Shown: positions 27,239-36,944 of the stretch, piece after piece | Layout of the letters: each line of letters starts with the position of its first letter | Numbering within the stretch: the first letter of the stretch is position 1 | IMG/VR virus record: IMGVR_UViG_3300030503_000315 | Location: 151,316 to 215,315 of that record | DNA length: 64,000 nt | Reading direction: 5' to 3' (one strand) | Notes under the pieces: generated by a model | Seen by the model: only the letters and a program-made list of their open reading frames with translations | Databases searched by the model: none | Told to the model about the DNA's origin: nothing | Program-made: the position numbers and the translations under genes

Positions 27239-28435
27239 ATGAAGATGAACAACGAAGCTTTTGAACTCTTGACCCCGGCTTCTGTGTGGATCAAAGAGGA
27301 TGGTAAGCAGGCTAAAGTCCTGTTTGTAACCAACACGACACTGCCGGAACGCCATCAACAAAAACATCCGGTGCAAGTGGTGTATCTGAATGAAGAAGCG
27401 AATATCTATAGCCGCACTTTGGATTCGTTCTTCAAGATTTATCAGTTCTTTAACATCGATCCTGAACTCGAAGAGCGTCTCGTTAATCTAGTCACCTTCT
27501 CGGAAGATGATTACGATAATGAAGACGAAGATCAAGAGAACTTGCAGAAGGAAGAAAGTACTGAAGATGATGAGAGCGATGGTCCTCTGCTTCTGCCTCT
27601 AGGTTCTGTAGAAGAAACTGCGGCACAGATTACCGCCGCGGCTCTTAAGATCACGGAAGAAGATACTACCAAGCTGACCAAGCCGTTGGCGGATTACCTG
27701 GCTGAAGAGATTAGCGATGAAACACAATATCCGTATGAAGATGAAGTAGATGATCCGGATGATGAGGTACCCGCGGTTACCTTCATCATGTCGCAAGGTT
27801 CAGAAGCTGCCGTACCTCTGAAAACTCTTCAGGACAATCTGGTATCGTATGTTCAAGAGCCTAACAAACAGTTGAACCTAACGCACCATAAGCTGACTTT
27901 CCTGTTGGGTGGCGGTCTGAATATTCCTGCATTGAAGGATTCGTTTATCCCCGACGACATTAGGTCAATTGTTGACGCGTTCCTCATCAAGAATGATTAC
28001 CACGAAGAGCTCGTAGCTTGGACGGATTACATCGGTACTTTCCCTGAGATCGTCTATGGTCGAGCATTTGCATCGGTGATCGTTGCTACGGAAAATTCCC
28101 CGTTGATTAGTGAGGAAGAAGCTCAGGCTCACATCCACGGCACCGCGGTAGAAGCTGTGGAAGATACTGAATTCGAAGAAGTTGACTATGCATCCTTGGT
28201 AGAGACTATGGAACAGGCTCAGGAAGGATTCTCTGATTTGCCGGATATGCCCGCTGAGTTGTTCATCCCGCAATTGAGTACCCAGGAAGTTGTTGCCCAA
28301 CAGATAGAAGAGTTGAATCGACAACAGGCTGGTCCGTTGAACCTCATTGGGAATGAACTTAATTCTGGATTTAGCGTTGTTATGATAGACGGCGTTCCTC
28401 ATGTAATCCAGAACGAGACTCCACAAGCACAGTAA
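27239..28435 (+). CDS. Acidic hypothetical protein
   Basis: 398-aa ORF downstream of AGTAAATA. Confidence 0.8.
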   Translation: MKMNNEAFELLTPASVWIKEDGKQAKVLFVTNTTLPERHQQKHPVQVVYLNEEANIYSRTLDSFFKIYQFFNIDPELEERLVNLVTFSEDDYDNEDEDQENLQKEESTEDDESDGPLLLPLGSVEETAAQITAAALKITEEDTTKLTKPLADYLAEEISDETQYPYEDEVDDPDDEVPAVTFIMSQGSEAAVPLKTLQDNLVSYVQEPNKQLNLTHHKLTFLLGGGLNIPALKDSFIPDDIRSIVDAFLIKNDYHEELVAWTDYIGTFPEIVYGRAFASVIVATENSPLISEEEAQAHIHGTAVEAVEDTEFEEVDYASLVETMEQAQEGFSDLPDMPAELFIPQLSTQEVVAQQIEELNRQQAGPLNLIGNELNSGFSVVMIDGVPHVIQNETPQAQ

Positions 28436-28514
28436 GGATCACAACAAATAAAAGGAGCCTACAGGAGCGAATCCCGTGGGCTCTATCCATATTGGTGGTA
28501 GAAGGAGTCTGGTA

Positions 28515-29543
28515 ATGCAGAGTGTATCTCGTGGTGATTACGTCGTGGCACACGACGGATCAGGAAACAAAAAGAAGTCATTTCTTTTCAAGGTAGAGTC
28601 GATTAGCAAAGGTATAGCGGAGGGGACGATAGAGAAGGATTCACATATCAAGTCGCGGAGATTCACAATAGAGGCACCAGTCAAGAATGTGATAGTCAAC
28701 CTGGGTGCGGATCCTTATCCGGGAAAAGCATATGGACATGACCTATCCACAATCTATCGTGGACGGAAGACTCATGATTTCTTTGGCCCAACCTATTGGA
28801 TGTACTCTCCTAGCAACGAGATTAAAACCGAGTTGTTCAAAGCGATGGATAGGGCGGCGAAGGTATTGAAGACCCATCAGCTAGAGTTCGTCGTGAATCC
28901 CAATACATGCATCTGGGAAATCCAACCGAACAACGGTGAGCTTTATGCGGGAATGTATAAGCGCATGAAGAACCCGGAGAAGAGCCCGCATCGTTTGCAG
29001 ATTCGCCCGGAGGTCCTTCCCTCAACCGAGTTCCCCTATGTTATCTACCATGAGCTTGGGCATCATCTTCACTATGAACATGTCACTGGTAAGAAATTGA
29101 ATGCGCAATGGATTGAATTGTTCAACACTACCATTGCAGTCACTTCGATAAAGAAAGAGAAAAGTCAGGAACTTCTTGATGCCCTTCTAGCGCAGCAGGA
29201 CGATCTACCGTCTACCTTCAAGTCCAATTTGAGCGAAGAGGATACGTTGGTCTATAAGACTATCCTGAAGACTATAACAACGCAACACTCAGTGACCGTC
29301 AAGGAATTGGATATCCTGTTCGAAGCAGACTACAAGGATGAGATCAAAGGCGTGTGGCCAGTTCGTGGATTCTCTAAGAAGGATCTTGCACCTGTTGTTT
29401 CGGACTACGCCTGCAAGAACTATAGAGAGTTATTCGCTGAATCCTTCGCGTTCCGTATGTCAGGAAAGAAGCTGCCAAAGGCAGTAGATGCTCTTCTAGA
29501 TAAATCCATTAGCTATGCCAAAGCAAATAGGGAGAGGAATTGA
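28515..29543 (+). CDS. Zincin metallopeptidase-like protein
   Basis: HELGH (HExxH) and YACKNYRELFAESFA; AAGGAG precedes the ATG. Confidence 0.75.
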   Translation: MQSVSRGDYVVAHDGSGNKKKSFLFKVESISKGIAEGTIEKDSHIKSRRFTIEAPVKNVIVNLGADPYPGKAYGHDLSTIYRGRKTHDFFGPTYWMYSPSNEIKTELFKAMDRAAKVLKTHQLEFVVNPNTCIWEIQPNNGELYAGMYKRMKNPEKSPHRLQIRPEVLPSTEFPYVIYHELGHHLHYEHVTGKKLNAQWIELFNTTIAVTSIKKEKSQELLDALLAQQDDLPSTFKSNLSEEDTLVYKTILKTITTQHSVTVKELDILFEADYKDEIKGVWPVRGFSKKDLAPVVSDYACKNYRELFAESFAFRMSGKKLPKAVDALLDKSISYAKANRERN

Positions 29544-29740
29544 TGACTAAACAAGGTGCACCCAATATCTTTACCGCTGAAGATCTACGCGAATGGAATA
29601 CTTCTCGGAAGAATGCAAATAACAGGTGGGTCCAAGCACGTCCACTAGGGTGGCAGGGTTGGAAACTTTGGTATCGCCTGAAGTTAGCGTGGGGTGTATT
29701 CACTGCTAAATACGATGTAGTCAAATGGGATGAATCATGA
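29540..29740 (+). CDS. Hypothetical protein
   Basis: Overlap-coupled; WVQARP...RLKLAWGVFT. Confidence 0.65.
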   Translation: MMTKQGAPNIFTAEDLREWNTSRKNANNRWVQARPLGWQGWKLWYRLKLAWGVFTAKYDVVKWDES

Positions 29741-29973
29741 GAGCCAATGTCAAAGTATCAAGCAATAAAGATAACGTTATCAAAGAATTAGATTTCGATG
29801 CAATCATCGAGAATTTCAGGAAGGCTCACATTCCAATCCCACTAAAGCTGTATATGGCAGCCGGTGGCATAGATTTTCAATACCTTGAACATTCTCTTCT
29901 GCAGGAAAAGAATATTAAGGACGTAGCAACGAAAGAAGACCTTTCCTTCTTCGCAACACAGTACAACGGATAA
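29737..29973 (+). CDS. Hypothetical protein with MRxxVKV N-terminal motif
   Basis: ATGA coupling. Confidence 0.6.
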   Translation: MRANVKVSSNKDNVIKELDFDAIIENFRKAHIPIPLKLYMAAGGIDFQYLEHSLLQEKNIKDVATKEDLSFFATQYNG

Positions 29974-29976
29974 ACC

Positions 29977-30237
29977 ATGCGCCCCACAGTTAGAGTAACA
30001 AGTCACGGTCACCCAAAGAATCAGATTGCTACTACCTCCTTTGTCCACACTGCACTTCGAGGTGAAACAAGGTATTTTGCACATATAGATGAGCTAGCAT
30101 TCTTCCCTACAGCGGAGTCGAAAAGTTTTTGGAAAATGGCTGATCTAGATCTCACAGCACGGAAACTTAGATTGCTCGGGATAAGTCCTTGTTTTCTTTC
30201 CAATGAACCCGAAACCGAAGCACCGCATTACTGGTGA
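29977..30237 (+). CDS. Small protein carrying a terminase Walker-B-like fragment
   Basis: TALRGETRYFAHIDELAFF compared with terminase STLRGDTRFLAMLDELGLF. Confidence 0.6.
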   Translation: MRPTVRVTSHGHPKNQIATTSFVHTALRGETRYFAHIDELAFFPTAESKSFWKMADLDLTARKLRLLGISPCFLSNEPETEAPHYW

Positions 30238-30240
30238 AAA

Positions 30241-30450
30241 ATGAGTAAAGAGATTCGACGCGCATTGAAAGTTAAGTTGGTTGGTACGTCGACCACCCTA
30301 GAGCTGACCAAGTTTGCCACACCCGCGGTTGAAAAGCAGTTCATTCACTTTGACGAATTGCCAGATGGAACGTGGCGACTCCTCTTCAACTTGGAGGGGC
30401 ATGACGTCCAGGACATTGAATCTTTTGAGTTCCTTAGAGATGACGATTGA
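30241..30450 (+). CDS. Hypothetical protein
   Basis: ORF track. Confidence 0.65.
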   Translation: MSKEIRRALKVKLVGTSTTLELTKFATPAVEKQFIHFDELPDGTWRLLFNLEGHDVQDIESFEFLRDDD

Positions 30451-32482
30451 TCTTAATATCGAAGCAGTACCTCGCCTCGTTGAAGATTCATTCCTGAATG
30501 CTTTGATGATAATGGCTGATACCAAGGGCGTAGTGTCGATAGACATGTTCGATACCTTGGTGACTCGCCGAGTGACTAGTCCGGTAGATGTATTCGCTGA
30601 GGTGGAGAAGCGCCTAGGTCTAAAGTATGGTTCCAAGGTAGAAGGGTTTGCCAAAGAGCGTGAGACTGTTGAACGCCAACTCTACTCTGAACGTGGGGAT
30701 ACTGGCCATGAAGACGTCACGCTTGACATGATCTATTCTAGACTTACCTCTTACCCTTTAGAGGCTAAGCAGGTTGAGATGGATGCCGAGTTGGATGTCC
30801 TTGTTGCCTCGAAAGATCTTCTTAAGTTCACTCGACAACTCAACGCCCTCGATAAGCCATGGATAGTCGTGTCAGATATGTATCTGCCTGGCGAATTCCT
30901 AGCCAAGGCGCTGACCAAGTGTGGGTTCTCCGGATGGAAAAAGATTTATGTATCTGGAGACCTAGGAGCTACTAAGAATTCAGGATCGATTTGGAAGTTG
31001 CATATTGGATGGTCCTATCCGTTAAATACTATTCTTCATGTCGGAGATAATGCACACTCTGATCTGAATATCCCATTGAGCTTAGGTATCGCAGTTCTTC
31101 CGTATAATCGGTTGAGGACAGTTACCCGAACTGGAGCACAGTTAGATCCCCATCTTCTTCCTTACTCTTATCTCAACCGTGATCTAGAGTTGAACATGAT
31201 AGAGGACGCGACTGAGGATGACCAATGGCAACACCTCGGGCGTACGATGGGCGCGATCTTCATCAGTGCATTTATCAAGTGGATCGTCGAGAGGGCTAAG
31301 GCTACTGGGATAAAGCGTCTATACTTTTGCGCACGAGACGGTCACCTGTTGCACCGGGTGTGGAATTTACCTGGATCGGCTATAAGGTTCCCAGGTATAG
31401 AAGCCCGTTACCTAGATATCTCCCGGGCTCCACTGCAAATAGCGCGCGGGTACCTTGAATCGAATCCGAATTGGTTGTGTCCGCAGTTGATTGACTTCCT
31501 CATCATGGTGGATGAGAAAACTACGGTGGAGACTATCCAACGAAGAATTTCATCGGAGACGAATTCATATCTCGATCAGGATCTTCGAAAGGAATTCCCG
31601 ACCATTATAATGGATAGACCTTATGGTGAGGCGATGGCAGCCTTGAGGGTAATCCTAAGTCGTTACTCTGAATGGATTTACGAGGCTATAAGACCCCTGG
31701 CTGAACGAACAAAATCTTATCTTCTCCAGGAAGGACTCGGAGAAGATATCAAGAGTGCTATCGTTGATACCGGATGGCATGCCAATCAACAACGCTGCAT
31801 AAGTACGATTGTTGATCGCCAGATCTCCGGCCTGTACCTTGGACTGTGGCGTAAAGCTTTGGGTGCAATTCCTAAAGCAGGATTCGCAGAGGGTGCGTAC
31901 TCATCTCCTTTTGCGCACCAAGGAAAGGAAGAAGTGTCAGAGCTAATGATGTCAGTCAACATTATCGAATCATTGTTCACCTCATGTGAAGGTTCGACAT
32001 TTGACTACAAGCTTGACACCCGTTCCCGATGGATAGCAGTAACGAGAACGAACGATCTTGAGTATCAACAATACTGTACGAAGGTAAAGTGGTTCCAGCA
32101 GGGTGTGATGGATGTCGTTAGTGAGATTTTCAATGGGAGGAAGTATGCTACACTCTCACTTGAAGACTGCACCATCGAGGCAGGACGATCGGCATTGAGT
32201 TATGTTTGCATGGGACCAACCTGGGATCAGCTACAGTTGATAGGAGGTCTGAATCATGCGTTCCTCTCAGATCACGATAACACTCAGACTCTAATAGATC
32301 AACAGTGGCCAGTAACAGACGATCAAGCAAACGCAGTATTGGCAACAAAGGGATGGGTGTTTGGAGTTCTCCTTAACTGGTATGCGATGGCTCCGATTCC
32401 GCAGAAGGGATGGATTCGTCGCATGGTCAATGAGAGGCTTGGCAACCTTAACGAAAGACGACTACGACCATTTTGGAAATGA
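30440..32482 (+). CDS. HAD-like hydrolase of the type found in polysaccharide loci
   Basis: SIDMFDTLV, VSDMYL, HVGDN..SD, ARDG, IVDTGW. Confidence 0.8.
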   Translation: MTIDLNIEAVPRLVEDSFLNALMIMADTKGVVSIDMFDTLVTRRVTSPVDVFAEVEKRLGLKYGSKVEGFAKERETVERQLYSERGDTGHEDVTLDMIYSRLTSYPLEAKQVEMDAELDVLVASKDLLKFTRQLNALDKPWIVVSDMYLPGEFLAKALTKCGFSGWKKIYVSGDLGATKNSGSIWKLHIGWSYPLNTILHVGDNAHSDLNIPLSLGIAVLPYNRLRTVTRTGAQLDPHLLPYSYLNRDLELNMIEDATEDDQWQHLGRTMGAIFISAFIKWIVERAKATGIKRLYFCARDGHLLHRVWNLPGSAIRFPGIEARYLDISRAPLQIARGYLESNPNWLCPQLIDFLIMVDEKTTVETIQRRISSETNSYLDQDLRKEFPTIIMDRPYGEAMAALRVILSRYSEWIYEAIRPLAERTKSYLLQEGLGEDIKSAIVDTGWHANQQRCISTIVDRQISGLYLGLWRKALGAIPKAGFAEGAYSSPFAHQGKEEVSELMMSVNIIESLFTSCEGSTFDYKLDTRSRWIAVTRTNDLEYQQYCTKVKWFQQGVMDVVSEIFNGRKYATLSLEDCTIEAGRSALSYVCMGPTWDQLQLIGGLNHAFLSDHDNTQTLIDQQWPVTDDQANAVLATKGWVFGVLLNWYAMAPIPQKGWIRRMVNERLGNLNERRLRPFWK

Positions 32483-33510
32483 CAATGGAACTTTATCCGA
32501 CCTCAATGAGGAAGGTCTCGCCAGATGGCATGGATGGTGGAAAGGTTGGCATCATAATGCGAACGCAGAATCGCCCTATCCTGTTATCTCGCGCACTGGC
32601 TTCAGTGTTGCATCAGAAGTACACCAACTGGAATCTCTTCCTCATCAACGATGGTGGCTCTATAGGTGATCTGGAAGCCGTAGTCGATCCCGTACGTTCT
32701 TCCTTGACCAATCGTTTGACGGTGATTCATCACGGAACGGCTAAGGGAATGGAAGCGGCAAGCAACGCAGGGCTGCAGAAAGCTTTTGATAGTCAGTGTC
32801 AATACATTTGCGTACATGATGACGACGATGCCTGGGACCCTGACTTCCTTTTCGAGACGGTGAAGTTCCTCGAAGATGATCCGACGATGGCTGCTGTGGT
32901 GACAGAGAAGGTGATCATTAGGGAACGTATAGAAGGCGAATACGTCATCGAAGAAGGACAGGAACCAGGATTCGTCCCACCTCGTATCACCTTCGCCAAT
33001 CTGTGTGAGGCTAATCAGTTCCCACCTATCTGTTTGCTATTTCGTTCTTCCGTTGCCAAAAAGATAGGGATGTTCAATGCATCCCTGCCTGTACTTGGAG
33101 ACTGGGACTATCACCTGAGAATTTTATTGGAAGGCGATATCGGAGTTATCCCGAAGAAGTTAGCTTACTATCATCACCGTCGTGCATCAACTGATGCATA
33201 CGGCAACACAGTAACTGCAGGTGCTGAAAGGCATGAGACGTATGGTGGATTGTTCATCAACTCTATGGTGCGACAACTAGCTCAGGAAAATCCTGGCTAC
33301 ATTGGGATACTCCATATCGTCCTGAAACGTCAGGCAGATTTGCATGTCAAGATGCGCGAACGGATCGATTACTATGAGAAGGCGCTACTTGATCTGCGTC
33401 CTATCATCCAGGATCAGAACAAGAAGGTGACGGATCTCACACAGAAGATTGACGCTCTACTGGGTTCACAACCTTGGTGGAAATTTTGGGACAAGAACAA
33501 AGGGAATTGA
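32473..33510 (+). CDS. Glycosyltransferase family 2
   Basis: IIMRTQNR, INDGGS, VHDDDD, GDWDY. Confidence 0.9.
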   Translation: MEMTMELYPTSMRKVSPDGMDGGKVGIIMRTQNRPILLSRALASVLHQKYTNWNLFLINDGGSIGDLEAVVDPVRSSLTNRLTVIHHGTAKGMEAASNAGLQKAFDSQCQYICVHDDDDAWDPDFLFETVKFLEDDPTMAAVVTEKVIIRERIEGEYVIEEGQEPGFVPPRITFANLCEANQFPPICLLFRSSVAKKIGMFNASLPVLGDWDYHLRILLEGDIGVIPKKLAYYHHRRASTDAYGNTVTAGAERHETYGGLFINSMVRQLAQENPGYIGILHIVLKRQADLHVKMRERIDYYEKALLDLRPIIQDQNKKVTDLTQKIDALLGSQPWWKFWDKNKGN

Positions 33511-33511
33511 A

Positions 33512-33706
33512 ATGCGAGCTAAAGTTAAGGTAACAAGTAGTATCAAAACAAATCCAATGGACATTCTTGGGATGTATCCCGGTGCAACAGAAAAGTTCAC
33601 CATCACGTTCCCCGCATCCCTGTGGCCTAACGTTACCGTACTGAAAGTCTACATGCCAGACGGAACTATCCTATCTCTTGATAATGCACAAGTCTCAATG
33701 CAGTAA
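33512..33706 (+). CDS. Hypothetical protein with MRxxVKV N-terminal motif
   Basis: ATG immediately after the GT2 stop. Confidence 0.6.
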   Translation: MRAKVKVTSSIKTNPMDILGMYPGATEKFTITFPASLWPNVTVLKVYMPDGTILSLDNAQVSMQ

Positions 33707-33731
33707 ATAAGAGTTACATAAAGGAGGATTT

Positions 33732-34214
33732 ATGCCTTGGCAATCAACAAAAACTTTCGGGCATGAGCTTGGCATCTCATGTGCCTTCCGACAATGGAGA
33801 GCCACTCATTCTCATTGTCGCTTCCTCCATGGGTACGCACTAAGCTTCAAGTTTACATTCGAAGCTGATACACTGGACGATAAGAATTGGGTCCAGGATT
33901 TTGGTTCCATGAAGCGCATCAAGGAAGAACTGCAGTATGACTTTGACCACAAGACAGTAGTGGCTCACGACGATCCGGAGTTTCATTGGTTCGAAGAAGC
34001 GGCTGCTGCAGGGATTCTTGAGCTTACGGTTCTTCCTGCAGTAGGATGTGAGAAGTTTGCAGAGCACGCATATAATCTGGCCTATAAACACCTGATCCAG
34101 GAAAAGCTAGATCACCGCATCCGAATTATTTCATGTGAAGTAGCGGAGCATGGTGCTAATTCTGCAATCTATACTCCTCGGCGTGAGTATAAAGACGCAA
34201 TGACACAACCATAA
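33732..34214 (+). CDS. queD: 6-carboxy-5,6,7,8-tetrahydropterin synthase
   Basis: SHCRFLHGY, DFG..K, FDHK, EHGANSA. Confidence 0.9.
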   Translation: MPWQSTKTFGHELGISCAFRQWRATHSHCRFLHGYALSFKFTFEADTLDDKNWVQDFGSMKRIKEELQYDFDHKTVVAHDDPEFHWFEEAAAAGILELTVLPAVGCEKFAEHAYNLAYKHLIQEKLDHRIRIISCEVAEHGANSAIYTPRREYKDAMTQP

Positions 34215-34226
34215 CAAGGATAGTAC

Positions 34227-35540
34227 ATGCCCGCTTACATCTGGGTTCCTGCCGGGTTTGATACCATGGGGCAGTTGAAGAAAGTAGGCATCAAGAAAGT
34301 CCCAAGGAAAAATGGTCGGTTCCAGATGAGTAAGAATGGGCTGACCGTTCAGGTAGAGGACAGAATCATAACGACGGACAAGGCGCAATTAAAGAAGTGC
34401 GACAAGGTTCTGAAGTATGGTCTATGGACTCCAGAGTTGATCGAGGAACATAACCTGAAGTTGGTCATGTTCAATTCAGCAACCGCAAGTCCAAGGATGC
34501 GTCCTCAAGATTTCGGAGTGGATGTCCTGACGGACTCCGGTGGGTATCAGCTAAAGACCGGGGTGAAGAAGTTCCTCGATCCAGCTGAAGTTGCACAGAA
34601 GCATAACAAGATGGGTTCTATAGGAATTTCATTGGACCTCCCGGTGACACCCGGTGAGCAGACGATTCTTCTTGATCGTCTGGCTCAGATGCAGCGCCGT
34701 AATAATGAGGTCTTCAAGAAAGAGTTGACGATCTCAGGGATGAATGTCAGTCACGGGTTCGACCTTATCAATCGTCAAAGATACATCGAGCAAGTGTTTG
34801 ACCCACACTTTGAGCGCATGGCCGTTGCTGGTTTGATTGGTCACCCACCAATTGACATCGTAGCACACCTTATCTGGATGCACGACAAATATGGTAAAGG
34901 CGGTAAGATCAAGCACTACCATTTCCTTGGTATCTCCGGGTACGGAATCTTCTTCACCTTGTCGTACCTGGCTAAGCTATTGGGTCCTGAAGTAACGATT
35001 AGCTCAGATTCAACAACGTATCTGATGCATTCGAAGAATGTTCTTTTCTTCGACCCATTACGTTATTCAGGTTCACTGGATGTGTCGTCACGCAAGGTCA
35101 TTCTGACACCCTCGACCCGTCTCCCCTGTACCTGCAGGCATTGTCGAGATCTCGAATATCTTAAGCCTATTGTTGATGGTCCAAAGGGGTTGACTATTTG
35201 CGTAGCTCACCACAACATGCTTGAGGCGACACGTCGAGTTCGTTCAGTAAATGATATGGTAGATGCTAATGATGCAGCAGGTCTGGCAAACATTATCAAG
35301 TTCATTAACCCCGTTAAAGCAGACGAGATAAATCGCGCACTACGTTTCGCAGACTCATTGATGCAGGCAGGACCTAAAGAGCGGCAGAGGATGTTGAGGC
35401 CTTGGGTTAAGACTAAATCGTTGTTCCAGATAAAGGCACATACGAAGAAAGATGTCGTACCCAAGACGAAGAGTGGGCAGCGATTCGTAAATATACTGGA
35501 CGCATACGATGCCTACCATAACGAACATGGAATAAAGTGA
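34227..35540 (+). CDS. dpdA: TGT/DpdA-like 7-deazaguanine transglycosylase
   Basis: TDSGGYQ, SLDLP, HFLG, SSDST, zinc site CTCRHC...H; embedded in a que cluster. Confidence 0.8.
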   Translation: MPAYIWVPAGFDTMGQLKKVGIKKVPRKNGRFQMSKNGLTVQVEDRIITTDKAQLKKCDKVLKYGLWTPELIEEHNLKLVMFNSATASPRMRPQDFGVDVLTDSGGYQLKTGVKKFLDPAEVAQKHNKMGSIGISLDLPVTPGEQTILLDRLAQMQRRNNEVFKKELTISGMNVSHGFDLINRQRYIEQVFDPHFERMAVAGLIGHPPIDIVAHLIWMHDKYGKGGKIKHYHFLGISGYGIFFTLSYLAKLLGPEVTISSDSTTYLMHSKNVLFFDPLRYSGSLDVSSRKVILTPSTRLPCTCRHCRDLEYLKPIVDGPKGLTICVAHHNMLEATRRVRSVNDMVDANDAAGLANIIKFINPVKADEINRALRFADSLMQAGPKERQRMLRPWVKTKSLFQIKAHTKKDVVPKTKSGQRFVNILDAYDAYHNEHGIK

Positions 35541-35547
35541 GAACACA

Positions 35548-36414
35548 ATGACTATCAATGTAGAGCAAGAGTATCTGAAGGTCGAAGGGCGTTATGAAGA
35601 CCAGTATGGCCACTACTTGAAGTTCTTCCAACGGTTGGCTGAAGCTAATTTCAAAGAGCATCTGGCGTTCTGTCCTGCTTCATGGAAGCCGTTCGCAGAG
35701 TACATGGGTCACATGGTTACATCGGTCATTCATCACTTTGATTCCTGCAAAGTAATCGAAGCAATGTATCCGCACTATCATGAGTTCCCTGACCAACGTC
35801 ATTTCATCGAAGTAGTATCTACGTTCCGGCCAGAGCTAGTTGATGCTCTGTGGAAATTTGACATGCAATGGGAAGTTCCCGATCACATTCTTCTGGAACA
35901 ACCGAGAGTACCGGCAGGTGAGGAAATCATTATCTCGAACAATGGTTCGTATCACCGCCGAGAGATTCTTGAGTACTTCCCCAAGCTTGATGACTACGTC
36001 CCACAGAAGGATAAGGTAGTACTGGTACCGTGCGCCGCAGATAAGCCTTATCCGGCTCCGCTGCACAAGGCAGTTCTCGAACGCATGCCTTCGGATTTTT
36101 ATCTAGCCAATATTACCGGAGTGATCGGTGTAGTTCCACAAGATCTGTGGTCAGAGATGCCCATGTATGATTCGGGCATCCCGAATGAATGGCGTCTGGT
36201 GAATGTAGCTACAGAGTATTTCAAGAAGCACCGTCATACGAAGATCATTGTGTACCTTGACTTCTATTCGATTCCACTTAAGACAGCGTTCGAAAAGGCG
36301 GGTGTCGATCTTGATATGGTGACTTGGGTTAACCCTGTAGAATTTTATGCAGACTACCTGGACCTCCTCGATCCGTATCGCCTCCACCAACTAGAGCAAG
36401 CATTCAAGAACTGA
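35548..36414 (+). CDS. ArcS-like (DUF5591) archaeosine synthase domain protein
   Basis: VLVPCAADKPY..PLH, GVVPQDL, YD. Confidence 0.7.
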   Translation: MTINVEQEYLKVEGRYEDQYGHYLKFFQRLAEANFKEHLAFCPASWKPFAEYMGHMVTSVIHHFDSCKVIEAMYPHYHEFPDQRHFIEVVSTFRPELVDALWKFDMQWEVPDHILLEQPRVPAGEEIIISNNGSYHRREILEYFPKLDDYVPQKDKVVLVPCAADKPYPAPLHKAVLERMPSDFYLANITGVIGVVPQDLWSEMPMYDSGIPNEWRLVNVATEYFKKHRHTKIIVYLDFYSIPLKTAFEKAGVDLDMVTWVNPVEFYADYLDLLDPYRLHQLEQAFKN

Positions 36415-36416
36415 CC

Positions 36417-36914
36417 ATGTATATCCAGTACAAACGAACTCACGAATTCCAAGCGTCGCATTTCAACGAAACAAACTATGGTCGTTTTGAAGATACCGTA
36501 AATTTTCAAAACATCAATGTTGAAAAACGCGTAGCCTGGACTTATGACAACTCCGTAGAATACTACTTGAGTGCAGAACTCCTCATTGGTTTGTTACGTG
36601 ATATCCATGGGCACAACTTCAAAGCTGAAGTCGTGTTGCTGGCGGAAGTGGACGATAGTTACTCATCCTACATCCTAGCAGACGAAGTAATCGTAAGTGT
36701 TATAAATGAGTGGGCTGGTATCAATCTCAGTGTTCACCCAGATTTTCTGGTTACAGGAGTCCGGGCAACCACCGAGAACATGGCACAGAAGCTTTGCAAG
36801 AAGATTTTCGACAAAGTAGAAGGTCGTAAGTCTGTCACCAACATTGTAGTAAATGTAACCATACACGAGTCGGACGACATTTCATCAACAGCAGTACGTA
36901 CCTCAAATGATTAA
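36417..36914 (+). CDS. Second QueD-like T-fold protein lacking the catalytic Cys
   Basis: FQASHF, DIHGHNF, ATTENMA, VTIHES. Confidence 0.7.
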   Translation: MYIQYKRTHEFQASHFNETNYGRFEDTVNFQNINVEKRVAWTYDNSVEYYLSAELLIGLLRDIHGHNFKAEVVLLAEVDDSYSSYILADEVIVSVINEWAGINLSVHPDFLVTGVRATTENMAQKLCKKIFDKVEGRKSVTNIVVNVTIHESDDISSTAVRTSND

Positions 36915-36944
36915 TCAACTCATCAACACTCAAGGAGAGTAAAC

